From the IMG/VR virus record IMGVR_UViG_2534681762_000007: a stretch of DNA of 31,920 nucleotides; one strand, written 5' to 3'. The notes below the pieces were generated by a model that was not told the DNA's origin, did no database searches, and saw only the letters and a list, made by a program, of their open reading frames with translations. The translations under genes and the position numbers were made by a program. Below are positions 17,196 to 31,167 of the stretch, in pieces (positions within the stretch are counted from its first letter, which is position 1; every line of letters starts with the position of its first letter). Source of the stretch: a virus (lineage: Duplodnaviria > Heunggongvirae > Uroviricota > Caudoviricetes).

Positions 17196-17552
17196 ATGGA
17201 TACAATTATCACATGGATGGGAGATCGTCTGTTGGGGTGGATAACAAACAAATCCGATCTGCGGCAGAGGGCAATCACTGGATTAACTCCTGCGATTTAT
17301 TCAACAATTTTATATACTGAAAAATTAAAACGTGGTGAGCCTAATAACCCAAACGAAGAAGAAAAACTTTATAGGCTTTGGTATGAAGCGTCTTCCCAAG
17401 TCGTAGACTTTGATCGAGAGCTGGCTAAAAGATGTTTAGATAAATCAGAATATTGGCTTCATTCTGAATTATATAGCCCTGAGAAAGTTGGAGAGCTAAA
17501 CATTTCTTTGGTTGGTATGAAGGCAACGCTTGAAGGAATAAAGCACAATTAA
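17196..17552 (+). CDS. Hypothetical 118-aa protein (AT-rich orphan)
   Basis: ORF MDTIITWMGDRLLGWITNKSDLRQRAITGLTPAIYSTILYTEKLKRGEPNNPNEEEK... preceded by AAGAAGGG about 8 nt before ATG; no homolog recognised. Confidence 0.5.
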   Translation: MDTIITWMGDRLLGWITNKSDLRQRAITGLTPAIYSTILYTEKLKRGEPNNPNEEEKLYRLWYEASSQVVDFDRELAKRCLDKSEYWLHSELYSPEKVGELNISLVGMKATLEGIKHN

Positions 17553-17641
17553 AACCTTTGATTTGCGATAATCAACTCGCCATAATCATGTCATCGGAGC
17601 CTGAACAACTCCGGTGACTTCTGCGCTAAACGGGGACGTTT

Positions 17642-17743
17642 ATGCGCACACACAATCCAAACTCTCTTCTCCCTCCACAGATGCAGAAATGCACCTGCGA
17701 TATATTGTATCCAGCGTTTGACCTCTGCGGAGGTGAAGCGTGA
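17642..17743 (+). CDS. ylcH: Small protein YlcH (33 aa)
   Basis: [33 protein letters not shown]; position just upstream of ybcN as in DLP12 as I recall it. Confidence 0.55.
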   Translation: MRTHNPNSLLPPQMQKCTCDILYPAFDLCGGEA

Positions 17744-18195
17744 ATCTCCCACAAGATGGCATCAAATTACATCGCGGTAACTTCACCGCTATCGGTCGGC
17801 AGATCCAGCCTTATCTGGAGGAGGGCAAATGCTTTCGCATGGTGCTTAAACCGTGGCGTGAGAAACGCAGTCTTTCCCAGAATGCACTCAGCCACATGTG
17901 GTACAGCGAAATCAGTGAATACCTCATCAGCAGGGGTAAAACGTTCGCTACTCCAGCTTGGGTAAAAGATGCTCTCAAACACACATATCTCGGTTATGAA
18001 ACCAAAGACCTGGTTGATGTCGTAACCGGTGATATCACCACTATCCAGTCGTTACGCCATACCTCCGATCTTGATACCGGAGAGATGTATGTCTTCCTGT
18101 GTAAGGTTGAAGCCTGGGCGGTGAATATTGGCTGCCACCTGACTATTCCGCAGAGCTGCGAGTTCCAGCTGCTCCGCGACAAGCAGGAGGCGTAA
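17740..18195 (+). CDS. ybcN: YbcN / NinB-family protein
   Basis: 151-aa ORF (GTG start) [61 protein letters not shown]... matches my memory of K-12 YbcN. Confidence 0.85.
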   Translation: MNLPQDGIKLHRGNFTAIGRQIQPYLEEGKCFRMVLKPWREKRSLSQNALSHMWYSEISEYLISRGKTFATPAWVKDALKHTYLGYETKDLVDVVTGDITTIQSLRHTSDLDTGEMYVFLCKVEAWAVNIGCHLTIPQSCEFQLLRDKQEA

Positions 18196-18365
18196 TGGCT
18201 ACACCGCTTATTCGTGTCATGAACGGACACATCTACAGAGTACCAGATCGTCGTAAGCGTAAACCGGAGCTGAAGCCTTCCGAAATACCAACACTGCTCG
18301 GATATACCGCCAGCCTGGTTGATAAAAAATGGTTGCGACTGGCAGCAAGGAGGAATCATGGCTGA
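18195..18365 (+). CDS. ninE: NinE
   Basis: 56-aa [59 protein letters not shown]; ATG overlaps the ybcN stop (TAATG). Confidence 0.85.
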   Translation: MATPLIRVMNGHIYRVPDRRKRKPELKPSEIPTLLGYTASLVDKKWLRLAARRNHG

Positions 18366-18648
18366 TTTGAGAAAAGCAGCGCGTAGTCGGGAATGCCAGG
18401 TAAGAATCCCTGGCGTATGTAATGGCAACCCTGAAACGTCTGTACTGGCACATATCCGGCTGACTGGATTGTGCGGCACCGGTACCAAACCGCCAGACCT
18501 GATTGCCACCATTGCATGTTCTGCCTGCCACGACGAAATCGACCGCCGCACACATTTTGTCGATGCTGCATATGCAAAAGAATGCGCGCTGGAAGGTATG
18601 GCGAGAACACAGGTTATCTGGCTGAAAGAGGGGGTTATTAAGGCGTGA
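18358..18648 (+). CDS. ybcO: YbcO (DUF1364 putative nuclease, nin region)
   Basis: 96-aa [67 protein letters not shown]...; the track lists it with a 13-codon upstream extension. Confidence 0.85.
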   Translation: MADLRKAARSRECQVRIPGVCNGNPETSVLAHIRLTGLCGTGTKPPDLIATIACSACHDEIDRRTHFVDAAYAKECALEGMARTQVIWLKEGVIKA

Positions 18649-19007
18649 ATACCTACAGCATCACATTACCCTGGCCTCCGAGCAATAATCGCTATTACCG
18701 CCATAATCGCGGGCGCACGCACGTCAGCGCAGAGGGGCAGGCATACCGCGATAACGTCGCCCGAATCATTAAAAACGCAATGCTGGATATCGGCCTGGCT
18801 ATGCCTGTGAAAATCCGCATTGAGTGCCACATGCCGGATCGCCGTCGCCGTGATCTGGATAATCTGCAAAAAGCCGCTTTTGACGCACTCACTAAAGCAG
18901 GTTTCTGGCTGGATGATGCTCAGGTCGTTGATTACCGCGTTGTGAAGATGCCTGTTACCAAAGGTGGGAGGCTGGAACTGACCATCACCGAAATGGGGAA
19001 TGAATGA
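18645..19007 (+). CDS. rusA: Holliday junction resolvase RusA
   Basis: 120-aa [96 protein letters not shown]... matches RusA. Confidence 0.95.
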   Translation: MNTYSITLPWPPSNNRYYRHNRGRTHVSAEGQAYRDNVARIIKNAMLDIGLAMPVKIRIECHMPDRRRRDLDNLQKAAFDALTKAGFWLDDAQVVDYRVVKMPVTKGGRLELTITEMGNE

Positions 19008-19144
19008 TGTTTGAGTTTTATATGGCAGAACGTCTTCGCCACCGCTGGGGGCGTCTGCGCTTATATCGTTTCCCCGGTTCTGTTTTGACCGATTACCGAA
19101 TACTGAAGAATTACGCCAAAACCCTGACAGGAGCAGGAGTATGA
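19004..19144 (+). CDS. ylcG: YlcG small protein
   Basis: 46-aa [49 protein letters not shown] overlapping the rusA stop. Confidence 0.7.
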   Translation: MMFEFYMAERLRHRWGRLRLYRFPGSVLTDYRILKNYAKTLTGAGV

Positions 19145-19229
19145 AGTCAGAGATAACAATCAACTAATACTGTTTCGTTGATTTTTGCTTGTAATTGGCG
19201 TTCTGGTCTGATTTTTGTGGAGTAAGTTG

Positions 19230-19613
19230 ATGCGTGATATTCAGATGGTTCTTGAGCGTTGGGGAGCGTGGGCGGCTAATAATCATGAAGATGTGACCTG
19301 GTCGTCCATTGCCGCCGGTTTTAAGGGATTAATTACTTCAAAAGTAAAATCTCGCCCGCAATGTTGTGACGATGACGCGATGATCATTTGCGGGTGCATG
19401 GCCCGTCTGAAAAAGAACAACAGCGATTTGCACGATTTATTAGTAGATTATTATGTAGTCGGTATGACATTCATGTCACTGGCAGGTAAGCATTGCTGCT
19501 CTGATGGTTATATCGGGAAAAGGTTACAGAAGGCTGAGGGCATAATTGAAGGGATGTTAATGGCATTAGATATCCGGTTAGAGATGGATATCGTTGTTAA
19601 TAACTCTAATTAA
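19230..19613 (+). CDS. quuD: Late-gene antiterminator Q homolog (QuuD-type)
   Basis: 127-aa product [62 protein letters not shown]...; GGAG about 8 nt upstream of ATG 19230. Confidence 0.85.
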   Translation: MRDIQMVLERWGAWAANNHEDVTWSSIAAGFKGLITSKVKSRPQCCDDDAMIICGCMARLKKNNSDLHDLLVDYYVVGMTFMSLAGKHCCSDGYIGKRLQKAEGIIEGMLMALDIRLEMDIVVNNSN

Positions 19614-19800
19614 TACGCCAATTATTTACTAAAAGTTATTAAAAATGGGGCGTTGAAACGCCCCCAAAAATAAAGGGTAATATATAACAGAAGGTTTGTA
19701 TAGTTAGAAGCAAGGTTGTGCTTCTAAAGGAAGTGGCTTGAGGGAGCCACTTATATGTTGGGGAGGCAAAGCCTCCCACAACATATCTTTTAGTAATCAA
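19614..19800 (+). promoter_or_regulatory. Putative late promoter / qut / tR'-like region downstream of Q
   Basis: Position equivalent to lambda PR'-tR'; extended palindrome ATATGTTGGGGAGGC-AAA-GCCTCCCACAACATAT (19754..19787) followed by CTTTT on the plus strand; promoter hexamers not crisp. Confidence 0.35.
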
Positions 19801-19801
19801 A
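19638..19801 (-). ncRNA. ipeX: Possible IpeX-like sRNA / nmpC 3' UTR ending at an intrinsic terminator
   Basis: Minus-strand terminator GGGGCG-TTTCAA-CGCCCC plus ATTTTTAAT (19638..19664) lies about 140 nt past the nmpC stop; I recall IpeX as a ~167-nt RNA at the nmpC 3' end in DLP12. Confidence 0.3.
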
Positions 19802-20884
19802 TTAGAACTGGTAAACCATACCTACAGCAACGATATCATCGGTAGCAACGCCAGATGCTTTCGTGAAATCGCTCTTATCAATCAGGTTGATTTTGTAGTC
19901 AACAAAAGTGGACATATTTTTGTTGAAGTAATAGGTTGCACCTACATCAACATATTCAACCAGGTCCTGATCACCCCAAACACCCAAGTCTTTTCCTTTA
20001 GAATGCAGGTAAGCAACGGATGGACGCAGGCCGAAGTCGAACTGATATTGTGCAACAGCTTCGAAGTTTTGTGCTTTGTTGGCAATATGGTTATTACCAA
20101 AAACAGTCATGTTCTGGGTTTCAGAATAGGTGGTGGCCAGATAGATGTTGTTCGCATCATATTTCAGACCAGCTGCCCATACTTCAGCATTTTGACCAGA
20201 AGCATTCAGACCGTTGTTACCGTAGATAACCTGATTATTAGTGCGATCAGATTTAGCATAGGTTGCACCCACGCCGAATCCTTCATACTCATAAGTAGTT
20301 GAGAAACCGAAACCATCGCCATTAGCTTCAGTTACTTCATTTCGGTCATTTTTGCCCTGATACTGAGCTGCAAAGTTCAGGCCATCAACCAGACCAAAGA
20401 AGTCGTTGTTACGATAAGTTGCAACACCTGTGGTGCGACCAGTCATGAATACATCTGTTTGGGTCCAGGTATCGCCACCGAATTCTGGCAGAACGTCAGT
20501 CCACGCACCGATGTCGTATGCTACACCGTAGTTACGGCCGTAATCGATTGAGCCGTAGTCACCGAATTTCAGGCCTGCAAATGCAAGACGGGTTTTGTCT
20601 TTGGAGGAACCTTGAGATTCAGCGCGGTTGCCTTTGAATTCATATTCCCACTGACCGAAACCAGTCAGTTGATCGTTGATTTGGGTTTCACCTTTGAAGC
20701 CAAGACGGGCATAAGTAGTATCACCATCATCTGCATCATTAGAGGAGAAGTAGTGCTTAGCATTAACTTTCCCGTACAGATCCAGCTTGTTACTGTCTTT
20801 ATTATAAATTTCAGCTGCCTGAGCAGACATCGCCATCAGTACTGATGCAGCTACAGCAGAAATTGCCACTGTTAATTTTTTCAT
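19802..20884 (-). CDS. nmpC: Outer-membrane general porin NmpC/Lc-type, intact
   Basis: 360-aa ORF with signal peptide [23 protein letters not shown] and C-terminal ...VAVGMVYQF; typical OmpC/OmpF-family sequence; no IS interruption. Confidence 0.92.
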   Translation of the reverse strand: MKKLTVAISAVAASVLMAMSAQAAEIYNKDSNKLDLYGKVNAKHYFSSNDADDGDTTYARLGFKGETQINDQLTGFGQWEYEFKGNRAESQGSSKDKTRLAFAGLKFGDYGSIDYGRNYGVAYDIGAWTDVLPEFGGDTWTQTDVFMTGRTTGVATYRNNDFFGLVDGLNFAAQYQGKNDRNEVTEANGDGFGFSTTYEYEGFGVGATYAKSDRTNNQVIYGNNGLNASGQNAEVWAAGLKYDANNIYLATTYSETQNMTVFGNNHIANKAQNFEAVAQYQFDFGLRPSVAYLHSKGKDLGVWGDQDLVEYVDVGATYYFNKNMSTFVDYKINLIDKSDFTKASGVATDDIVAVGMVYQF

Positions 20885-21472
20885 CGTGAGCCCTTTTTTT
20901 TGAACTATTATTAAAAAATGATGTCACTGCGCGATAAATATTCATCTAATCAATGTGATTATTTCAAGATGTAAGTTTTAGTTTCTCATTTAATTTGTGA
21001 AGTAGATCTCTATTTTTATCTGAACTTTTTCTATCGAAACCTATTTATGGCTCTTATTTGAACAAAAATAAACCTATTAGCTAATTTATATTAATGGCTG
21101 TTATTTATGGGGGTTCTATAATTCGGCAGTTTAATTTAAATCAACTAAAAATAACGTTTGAAATTATTTATTGGTTATTTGTTGAGGTTTTCTTATGTAT
21201 TTGTGGTGGAGTTTTGAACACTCGGTAGCATTCTCATAAATATCATTCAGTGGTTTACGTACGTAAAAAATTGGTTATGCTGTTAAGAGTGGTTACTTCG
21301 TCACACAGCTTAAACCCGCCGTCGAGCTGGTTTTTCCATTTTTTGAGTCTCGATATTAGCTGATAACTCAATACCTGAGTTATTCACTGACTCCGAGTCT
21401 GTTACGTTTCTGCTTTTTTGCGATACGTTGTATTCCCTCAATTTACACCCGCTTTGTCTGCGAGGTGGGGTT

Positions 21473-21688
21473 ATGAAATCCATGGATAAGTTAACAACGG
21501 GTGTCGCCTATGGCACCTCAGCAGGTAGTGCCGGTTACTGGTTTTTACAGCTGCTCGATAAAGTCACGCCCTCACAGTGGGCAGCAATAGGTGTGCTGGG
21601 TAGCCTGGTATTTGGCCTGCTGACGTACCTGACAAACCTTTATTTCAAGATTAAAGAAGATAAGCGCAAGGCTGCGAGAGGTGAATAA
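21473..21688 (+). CDS. essD: Holin (EssD-type)
   Basis: 71-aa product [71 protein letters not shown]; GAGGTGGGG RBS; first gene of the lysis cassette. Confidence 0.9.
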
Positions 21689-22185
21689 TGCCTCCATCAT
21701 TACGAAAAGCCGTTGCTGCTGCTATTGGTGGTGGAGCAATTGCTATAGCATCAGTGTTAATCACTGGCCCAAGTGGTAACGATGGTCTGGAAGGTGTCAG
21801 CTACATACCATACAAAGATATTGTTGGTGTATGGACTGTATGTCACGGGCATACAGGAAAAGACATCATGCTCGGTAAAACGTATACCAAAGCAGAATGC
21901 AAAGCCCTCCTGAATAAAGACCTTGCCACGGTCGCCAGACAAATTAACCCGTACATAAAAGTTGATATACCGGAAACAACGCGCGGCGCTCTTTACTTGT
22001 TCGTTTACAACGTGGGCGCTGGCAATTTCAGAACATCGACGCTTCTTCGCAAAATAAACCAGGGCGATATCAAAGGCGCATGTGATCAGCTACGTCGCTG
22101 GACATATGCTGGCGGTAAGCAATGGAAAGGTCTCATGACTCGTCGTGAGATTGAGCGTGAAATCTGTTTGTGGGGTCAGCAATGA
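21688..22185 (+). CDS. rrrD: Phage lysozyme / endolysin (RrrD-type, N-terminal signal-anchor-release segment)
   Basis: 165-aa [60 protein letters not shown]... follows the holin. Confidence 0.92.
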   Translation: MPPSLRKAVAAAIGGGAIAIASVLITGPSGNDGLEGVSYIPYKDIVGVWTVCHGHTGKDIMLGKTYTKAECKALLNKDLATVARQINPYIKVDIPETTRGALYLFVYNVGAGNFRTSTLLRKINQGDIKGACDQLRRWTYAGGKQWKGLMTRREIEREICLWGQQ

Positions 22186-22643
22186 ACAGAGTAACCGCGA
22201 TTATCTCCGCTCTGGTTATCTGCATCATCGTTTGCCTGTCATGGGCTGTTAATCATTACCGTGATAACGCCATTACCTACAAAGCCCAGCGCGACAAAAA
22301 TGCCAGAGAACTGAAGCTGGCGAACGCGGCAATTACTGACATGCAGATGCGTCAGCGTGATGTTGCTGCGCTCGATGCAAAATACACGAAGGAGTTAGCT
22401 GATGCGAAAGCTGAAAATGATGCTCTGCGTGATGATGTTGCCGCTGGTCGTCGTCGGTTGCACATCAAAGCAGTCTGTCAGTCAGTGCGTGAAGCCACCA
22501 CCGCCTCCGGCGTGGATAATGCAGCCTCCCCCCGACTGGCAGACACCGCTGAACGGGATTATTTCACCCTCAGAGAGAGGCTGATCACTATGCAAAAACA
22601 ACTGGAAGGAACCCAGAAGTATATTAATGAGCAGTGCAGATAG
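22182..22643 (+). CDS. rzpD: Rz-type i-spanin
   Basis: 153-aa [58 protein letters not shown]... with N-terminal TM segment and coiled-coil; overlaps endolysin stop. Confidence 0.85.
   Translation: MNRVTAIISALVICIIVCLSWAVNHYRDNAITYKAQRDKNARELKLANAAITDMQMRQRDVAALDAKYTKELADAKAENDALRDDVAAGRRRLHIKAVCQSVREATTASGVDNAASPRLADTAERDYFTLRERLITMQKQLEGTQKYINEQCR
22402..22584 (+). CDS. rzoD: Rz1-type o-spanin lipoprotein embedded in +1 frame of Rz
   Basis: 60-aa [27 protein letters not shown]... with lipobox VVGC and proline-rich body, fully nested in rzpD. Confidence 0.8.
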   Translation: MRKLKMMLCVMMLPLVVVGCTSKQSVSQCVKPPPPPAWIMQPPPDWQTPLNGIISPSERG

Positions 22644-22674
22644 AGCTGCCCATATCGATGGGCAACTCATGCAA

Positions 22675-22968
22675 TTATTGTGAGCAATACACACGCGCTT
22701 CCAGCGGAGTATAAATGCCTAAAGTAATAAAACCGAGAAATCCATTTACGAATGTTTGCTGGGTTTCTGTTTTAACAACATTTTCTGCGCCGCCACAAAT
22801 TTTGGCTGCATCAACAGTTTTCTCCTGTCCAATTCCCGAAACGAAGAAGTGATGGGTGATGGTTTCCTTTGGTGTTACTGCTGTCGGTTTGTTTCCAACA
22901 GTAAACGTCTGTTGAGCACATCCTGTAATAAGCATTGCCAGAGCGGCAGAAAACAACATTTTTTTCAT
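22675..22968 (-). CDS. borD: Bor lipoprotein (serum-resistance family)
   Basis: 97-aa product MKKMLFSAALAMLITGCAQQTFTVGNKPTAVTPKETITHHFFVSGIGQEKTVDAAKICGGAENVVKTETQQTFVNGFLGFITLGIYTPLEARVYCSQ; lipobox ITGC. Confidence 0.9.
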   Translation of the reverse strand: MKKMLFSAALAMLITGCAQQTFTVGNKPTAVTPKETITHHFFVSGIGQEKTVDAAKICGGAENVVKTETQQTFVNGFLGFITLGIYTPLEARVYCSQ

Positions 22969-23330
22969 CTTATTATCCTGCATTGTTAAAAACGGCAGAA
23001 TCCTATGTGACAACAATTAAACGATAGTTAAATGGATTGATGAAAATTAAAACTATATAGGTGTACGCTCAGACTATTGGAGGAAGTTGGGGACACTCAG
23101 AATCCTGTGGAATGAAATAAACCGGTCTATCCGTCTATTACCCTTTTAGCTGCGCTGTATCGTCGCCGTATTCCCGCATTAACCATGACCGTAGCCCGAC
23201 GGGGAATTCCTTCTGCGTGAGTGTGCGGGAATAATCAAAAACGATGCACACCGGGTTTTACTGTGCTGACAGACGCAGGGTTACCCTCATAGTCGCTTTT
23301 CCGGTGCGATGGTGGAAGAAACCGGGATGT

Positions 23331-23525
23331 TCATCCATCATCACTTTGGATTGATGTATATGCTCTCTTTTCTGACGTTAGTCTCCGACGGCAGGCTTCA
23401 ATGACCCAGGCTGAGAAATTCCCAGACCCTTTTTGCTCAAGAGCGATGTTAATTTGTTCAATCATTTGGTTAGGAAAGCGGATGTTGCGGGTTGTTGTTC
23501 TGCGGGTTCTGTTCTTCGTTGACAT
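23331..23525 (-). CDS. Small hypothetical protein (YlcI-like) near right end of genome
   Basis: 64-aa ORF MSTKNRTRRTTTRNIRFPNQMIEQINIALEQKGSGNFSAWVIEACRRRLTSEKRAYTSIQSDDG; resembles a DLP12 small protein from memory. Confidence 0.45.
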   Translation of the reverse strand: MSTKNRTRRTTTRNIRFPNQMIEQINIALEQKGSGNFSAWVIEACRRRLTSEKRAYTSIQSDDG

Positions 23526-23724
23526 GAGGTTGCCCCGTATTCAGTGTCGCTGATTTGTATTGTCTGAAGTTGTTTTTACGTTAAGTTGATGCAGATCAAT
23601 TAATACGATACCTGCGTCATAATTGATTATTTGACGTGGTTTGATGGCGTAGATGCACGTTGTGACATGGAGATGATAATTATTATCATTTTTCGGGTCC
23701 TTTCCGGCGATCCGACAGGTTACG

Positions 23725-23736
23725 GGGCGGCGACCT
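23725..23736. other. cos: cosN cohesive-end site GGGCGGCGACCT (cos region about 23650..23900 with cosQ and cosB)
   Basis: Exact lambda 12-nt cohesive end preceded by ...TCCGACAGGTTACG and followed by CGCGGGTTTTCGCTATTTATGAAAATTTTCCGGTTTAAGGCG..., as at the lambda genome ends. Confidence 0.92.
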
Positions 23737-23913
23737 CGCGGGTTTTCGCTATTTATGAAAATTTTCCGGTTTAAGGCGTTTCCGTTCTTCTTCGTCATAA
23801 CTTAATGTTTTTATTTAAAATACCCTCTGAAAAGAAAGGAAGCGACAGGTGCTGAAAGCGAGCTTTTTGGCCTCTGTCGTTTCCTTTCTCTGTTTTTGTC
23901 CGTGGAATGAACA

Positions 23914-24433
23914 ATGGAAGTCAACAAAAAGCAGCTGGCTGACATTTTCGGTGCGAGTATCCGTACCATTCAGAACTGGCAGGAACAGGGAATGCCCGTT
24001 CTGCGAGGCGGTGGCAAGGGTAATAAGGTGCTTTATGACTCTGCCGCCGTCATAAAATGGTATGCCGAAAGGGATGCTGAAATTGAGAACGAAAAGCTGC
24101 GCCGGGAGGTTGAAGAACTGCGGCAGGCCAGCGAGGCAGATCTCCAGCCAGGGACTATTGAGTACGAACGCCATCGACTTACGCGTGCGCAGGCCGACGC
24201 ACAGGAACTGAAGAATGCCAGAGACTCCGCTGAAGTGGTGGAAACCGCATTCTGTACTTTCGTGTTGTCGCGGATCGCAGGTGAAATTGCCAGTATTCTC
24301 GACGGGATCCCCCTGTCGGTGCAGCGGCGTTTTCCGGAACTGGAAAACCGACATGTTGATTTCCTGAAACGGGATATCATCAAAGCCATGAACAAAGCAG
24401 CCGCGCTGGATGAACTGATACCGGGGTTGCTGA

Positions 24434-24459
<26 letters not shown>
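23914..24459 (+). CDS. nu1: Terminase small subunit Nu1
   Basis: 181-aa ORF MEVNKKQLADIFGASIRTIQNWQEQGMPVLRGGGKGNKVLYDSAAVIKWYAERDAEIENEKLRREVEELRQA... matches lambda Nu1. Confidence 0.97.
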
Positions 24460-28085
<3,626 letters not shown>

Positions 28086-28105
<20 letters not shown>

Positions 28106-29405
28106 TCTCCCGCATATTGCCAGTATGGCCTTTAATGAGCCGCTGATGCTTGAACCCGCCTATGCGCGGGTTTTCTTTTGTGCGCTTGCAGGCCAGCTTG
28201 GGATCAGCCGCCTGACGGATGCGGTGTCCGGCGACAGCCTGACTGCCGGAGAGGCACCCGCGGCGCTGGCGTTATCCGTTGATGATGACGGACCACGACA
28301 GGCCCGCAGTTATCAGGTCATGAACGGCATCGCCGTGCTGCCGGTGTCCGGCACGCTGGTCAGCCGGACGCGGGCGCTGCAGCCGTATTCGGGGATGACC
28401 GGTTACAACGGCATTATCGCCCGTCTGCAACAGGCTGCCAGCGATCCGATGGTGGACGGCATTCTGCTGGATATGGACACACCGGGCGGGATGGTGGCGG
28501 GAGCATTTGACTGTGCTGACATCATCGCCCGTGTGCGAGACATAAAACCGGTATGGGCGCTGGCCAACGACATGAACTGCAGTGCAGGTCAGCTGCTTGC
28601 CAGCGCCGCCTCCCGGCGTCTGGTCACGCAGACCGCCCGGACAGGCTCCATCGGCGTCATGATGGCTCACAGTAATTACGGTGCTGCGCTGGAGAAACAG
28701 GGCGTGGAAATCACACTGATTTACAGCGGCAGCCATAAGGTGGATGGCAACCCCTACAGCCATCTACCGGATGATGTCCGGGAAACACTGCAGTCCCGGA
28801 TGGATGCAACCCGCCGGATGTTTGCACAGAAGGTGTCGGCATATACCGGCCTGTCCGTGCAGGCTGTGCTGGATACCGAGGCTGCAGTGTACAGCGGTCA
28901 GGAGGCCATTGATGCCGGACTGGCTGATGAACTTGTGAACAGTACCGATGCGATCACCGTCATGCGTGATGCACTGGATGCACGTAAATCCCGTCTCTCA
29001 GGAGGGCGAATGACCAAAGAGACTCAATCAACAACTGTTTCAGCCATTGCTTCGCAGGCTGACGTTACTGGCGTGGTGCAAGCGACGGAGGGCGAGAACG
29101 CCAGCGCTGCGCAGCCGGACGTGAACGCGCAGATCACCGCAGCGGTTGCGGCAGAAAACAGTCGCATTATGGGGATCCTCAACTGTGAGGAGGCTCACGG
29201 ACGCGAAGAACAGGCATGCGTGCTGGCCGAAACCCCCGGTATGACCGTGGAAACGGCCCGCCGTATTCTGGCCGCAGCACCACAGAGTGCACAGGCGCGC
29301 AGTGACACTGCGTTGGATCGTCTGATGCAGGGGGCACCGGCACCGCTGGCTGCAGGTAACCCGGCATCTGATGCCGTTAACGATTTGCTGAACACACCAG
29401 TGTAA
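28086..29405 (+). CDS. C: Head protease/scaffold protein C (S49 peptidase family)
   Basis: 439-aa product (GTG start) TAELRNLPHIASMAFNEPLMLEPAYARVFFCALAGQLGIS... matches lambda C; currently read through from the frameshifted B as a 948-aa ORF. Confidence 0.9.
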
Positions 29406-29414
29406 GGGATGTTT

Positions 29415-29747
29415 ATGACGAGCAAAGAAACCTTTACCCATTACCAGCCGCTGGGCAACAGTGACCCGGCTCATACCGCAACCGCGCCCGGCGGGTTGAG
29501 TGCGAAAGCGCCTGCAATGACCCCGCTGATGCTGGACACCTCCACCCGTAAGCTGGTTGCGTGGGATGGCACCACCGACGGTGCTGCCGTTGGCATTCTT
29601 GCAGTTGCTGCTGACCAGACCAGCACCACACTGACGTTCTACAAGTCCGGCACGTTCCGTTATGAGGATGTGCTCTGGCCGGAGGCTGCCAGCGACGAGA
29701 CGAAAAAACGGACCGCGTTTGCCGGAACGGCAATCAGCATCGTTTAA
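29415..29747 (+). CDS. D: Head decoration protein D
   Basis: 110-aa product [110 protein letters not shown] matches lambda D. Confidence 0.95.
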   Translation: MTSKETFTHYQPLGNSDPAHTATAPGGLSAKAPAMTPLMLDTSTRKLVAWDGTTDGAAVGILAVAADQTSTTLTFYKSGTFRYEDVLWPEAASDETKKRTAFAGTAISIV

Positions 29748-29765
29748 CCTGACCCTTCATCACTA

Positions 29766-29789
29766 AAGGCCGCCTGTGCGGCTTTTTTT
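29766..29789 (+). terminator. Intrinsic terminator-like hairpin between D and E
   Basis: Stem GCCGC-CTGT-GCGGC followed by seven Ts (29783..29789). Confidence 0.65.
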
Positions 29790-29802
29790 ACGGGATTTTT
29801 TT

Positions 29803-30070
29803 ATGTCGATGTACACAACCGCCCAGCTGCTGGCGGCAAATGAGCAGAAATTTAAGTTTGATCCGCTGTTTCTGCGTCTCTTTTTCCGTGAGAGCTATCC
29901 CTTCACCACGGAGAAAGTCTATCTCTCACAAATTCCTGGACTGGTAAACATGGCGCTGTACGTTTCGCCAATTGTTTCCGGTGAGGTTATCCGTTCCCGT
30001 GGCGGCTCCACCTCTGAATTTACGCCGGGTTATGTCAAGCCGAAGCATGAGGTGAATCCGCAGATGACCC
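29803..30070 (+). pseudogene. E: Major capsid protein E, only N-terminal ~89 codons; truncated by IS66-family insertion
   Basis: MSMYTTAQLLAANEQKFKFDPLFLRLFFRESYPFTTEKVYLSQIPGLVNMALYVSPIVSGEVIRSRGGSTSEFTPGYVKPKHEVNPQMT matches lambda E; sequence then switches to IS DNA beginning GTAACCGGCTC at 30071. Confidence 0.88.
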
Positions 30071-30123
30071 GTAACCGGCTCATTTAAACCGTCTGGTCTG
30101 TTTCCTCCGGCTCTACAAAAATA

Positions 30124-30801
30124 ATGTCCATCATTTTTAATGGACACTATCGTATGAAACACCGGACCTGGATCACTGAAGCTTTACGTCTTCACTTTGA
30201 AGAACATTTACCCCGGGTTGTGGCCGGGCGTCGCCTGGGTGTACCAAAATCAACAGTTTGTAGTATGTTCGTGCGCTTTCGGAGAGCTGGCCTTTCGTGG
30301 CCTTTGCCCGCAGGCATGTCGGAGCAGGAACTTGATGCCTGCCTTTACGGACAATTTTCCACGGTACCAGTCGTACGTCCTGAAAGCACCGTTATATCCG
30401 AAGCCCCCGTGGTAAAAAACCGTCCCCGGCGGCCCAACTTCCCTTATGAGTTTAAAATCGCCTTAGTGGAGCAGTCACTGCAGCCCGGAGCCTGTGTGGC
30501 GCAGATCGCCCGGGAAAACGGAATCAACGATAACCTGCTCTTCAACTGGCGCCATCAATACCGGAAAGGTGGCCTGCTGCCTTCCGGAAAAAATATGCCG
30601 GCACTGCTTCCCGTGACGTTAACGCCGGAGCCGGATAATAAAATCCCGGCCCCCGCACAGGAACCAGAGCAGATAAATACACCGTCCGACAGTCTGTGTT
30701 GTGAGCTGGTTCTGCCGGCCGGAACTCTCAGGCTTAAAGGTAAACTGACGCCGGCGTTATTACAGACACTTATCCGCGAAATAAAAGGGAGCAGCCACTG
30801 A
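30124..30801 (+). CDS. IS66-family accessory protein TnpA (orf1)
   Basis: ORF containing ...RPNFPYEFKIALVEQSLQPGACVAQIARENGINDNLLFNWRHQYRKGG... typical of IS66 orf1; start uncertain (ATG 30124 or 30154); stop overlaps next ATG (ATGA). Confidence 0.75.
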   Translation: MSIIFNGHYRMKHRTWITEALRLHFEEHLPRVVAGRRLGVPKSTVCSMFVRFRRAGLSWPLPAGMSEQELDACLYGQFSTVPVVRPESTVISEAPVVKNRPRRPNFPYEFKIALVEQSLQPGACVAQIARENGINDNLLFNWRHQYRKGGLLPSGKNMPALLPVTLTPEPDNKIPAPAQEPEQINTPSDSLCCELVLPAGTLRLKGKLTPALLQTLIREIKGSSH

Positions 30802-31148
30802 TGATATCTCTCCCTGCAGGTTCGCGTATCTGGCTGGTTGCAGGTATCACCGATATGCGAAATGGCTTTAACGGCCTGGCATCAAAAGTTCAGAACGTCC
30901 TGAAGGATGACCCGTTCTCCGGACACCTGTTCATCTTCCGCGGACGCCGGGGTGACCAGATAAAAGTGTTGTGGGCTGACAGTGACGGACTGTGCCTCTT
31001 CACCAAACGCCTGGAGCGGGGCCGCTTCGTCTGGCCAGTCACCCGTGACGGCAAGGTGCACCTTACTCCGGCTCAGTTATCCATGCTTCTTGAAGGTATC
31101 AACTGGAAGCACCCGAAACGAACGGAACGCGCTGGAATCCGCATATAA
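30801..31148 (+). CDS. IS66-family TnpB (orf2)
   Basis: 115-aa ORF MISLPAGSRIWLVAGITDMRNGFNGLASKVQNVLKDDPFSGHLFIFRGRRGDQIKVLWADSDGLCLFTKRLERGRFVWP... characteristic of IS66 TnpB. Confidence 0.9.
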   Translation: MISLPAGSRIWLVAGITDMRNGFNGLASKVQNVLKDDPFSGHLFIFRGRRGDQIKVLWADSDGLCLFTKRLERGRFVWPVTRDGKVHLTPAQLSMLLEGINWKHPKRTERAGIRI

Positions 31149-31167
31149 CCCGTTGTAAAGTGAGGAT

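Noticed and set aside
23541-23798. Track ORF of 85 aa on the minus strand
   Set aside because: It spans the cos site (cosQ/cosN) at the genome end; most likely a chance open frame in a cis-acting region.
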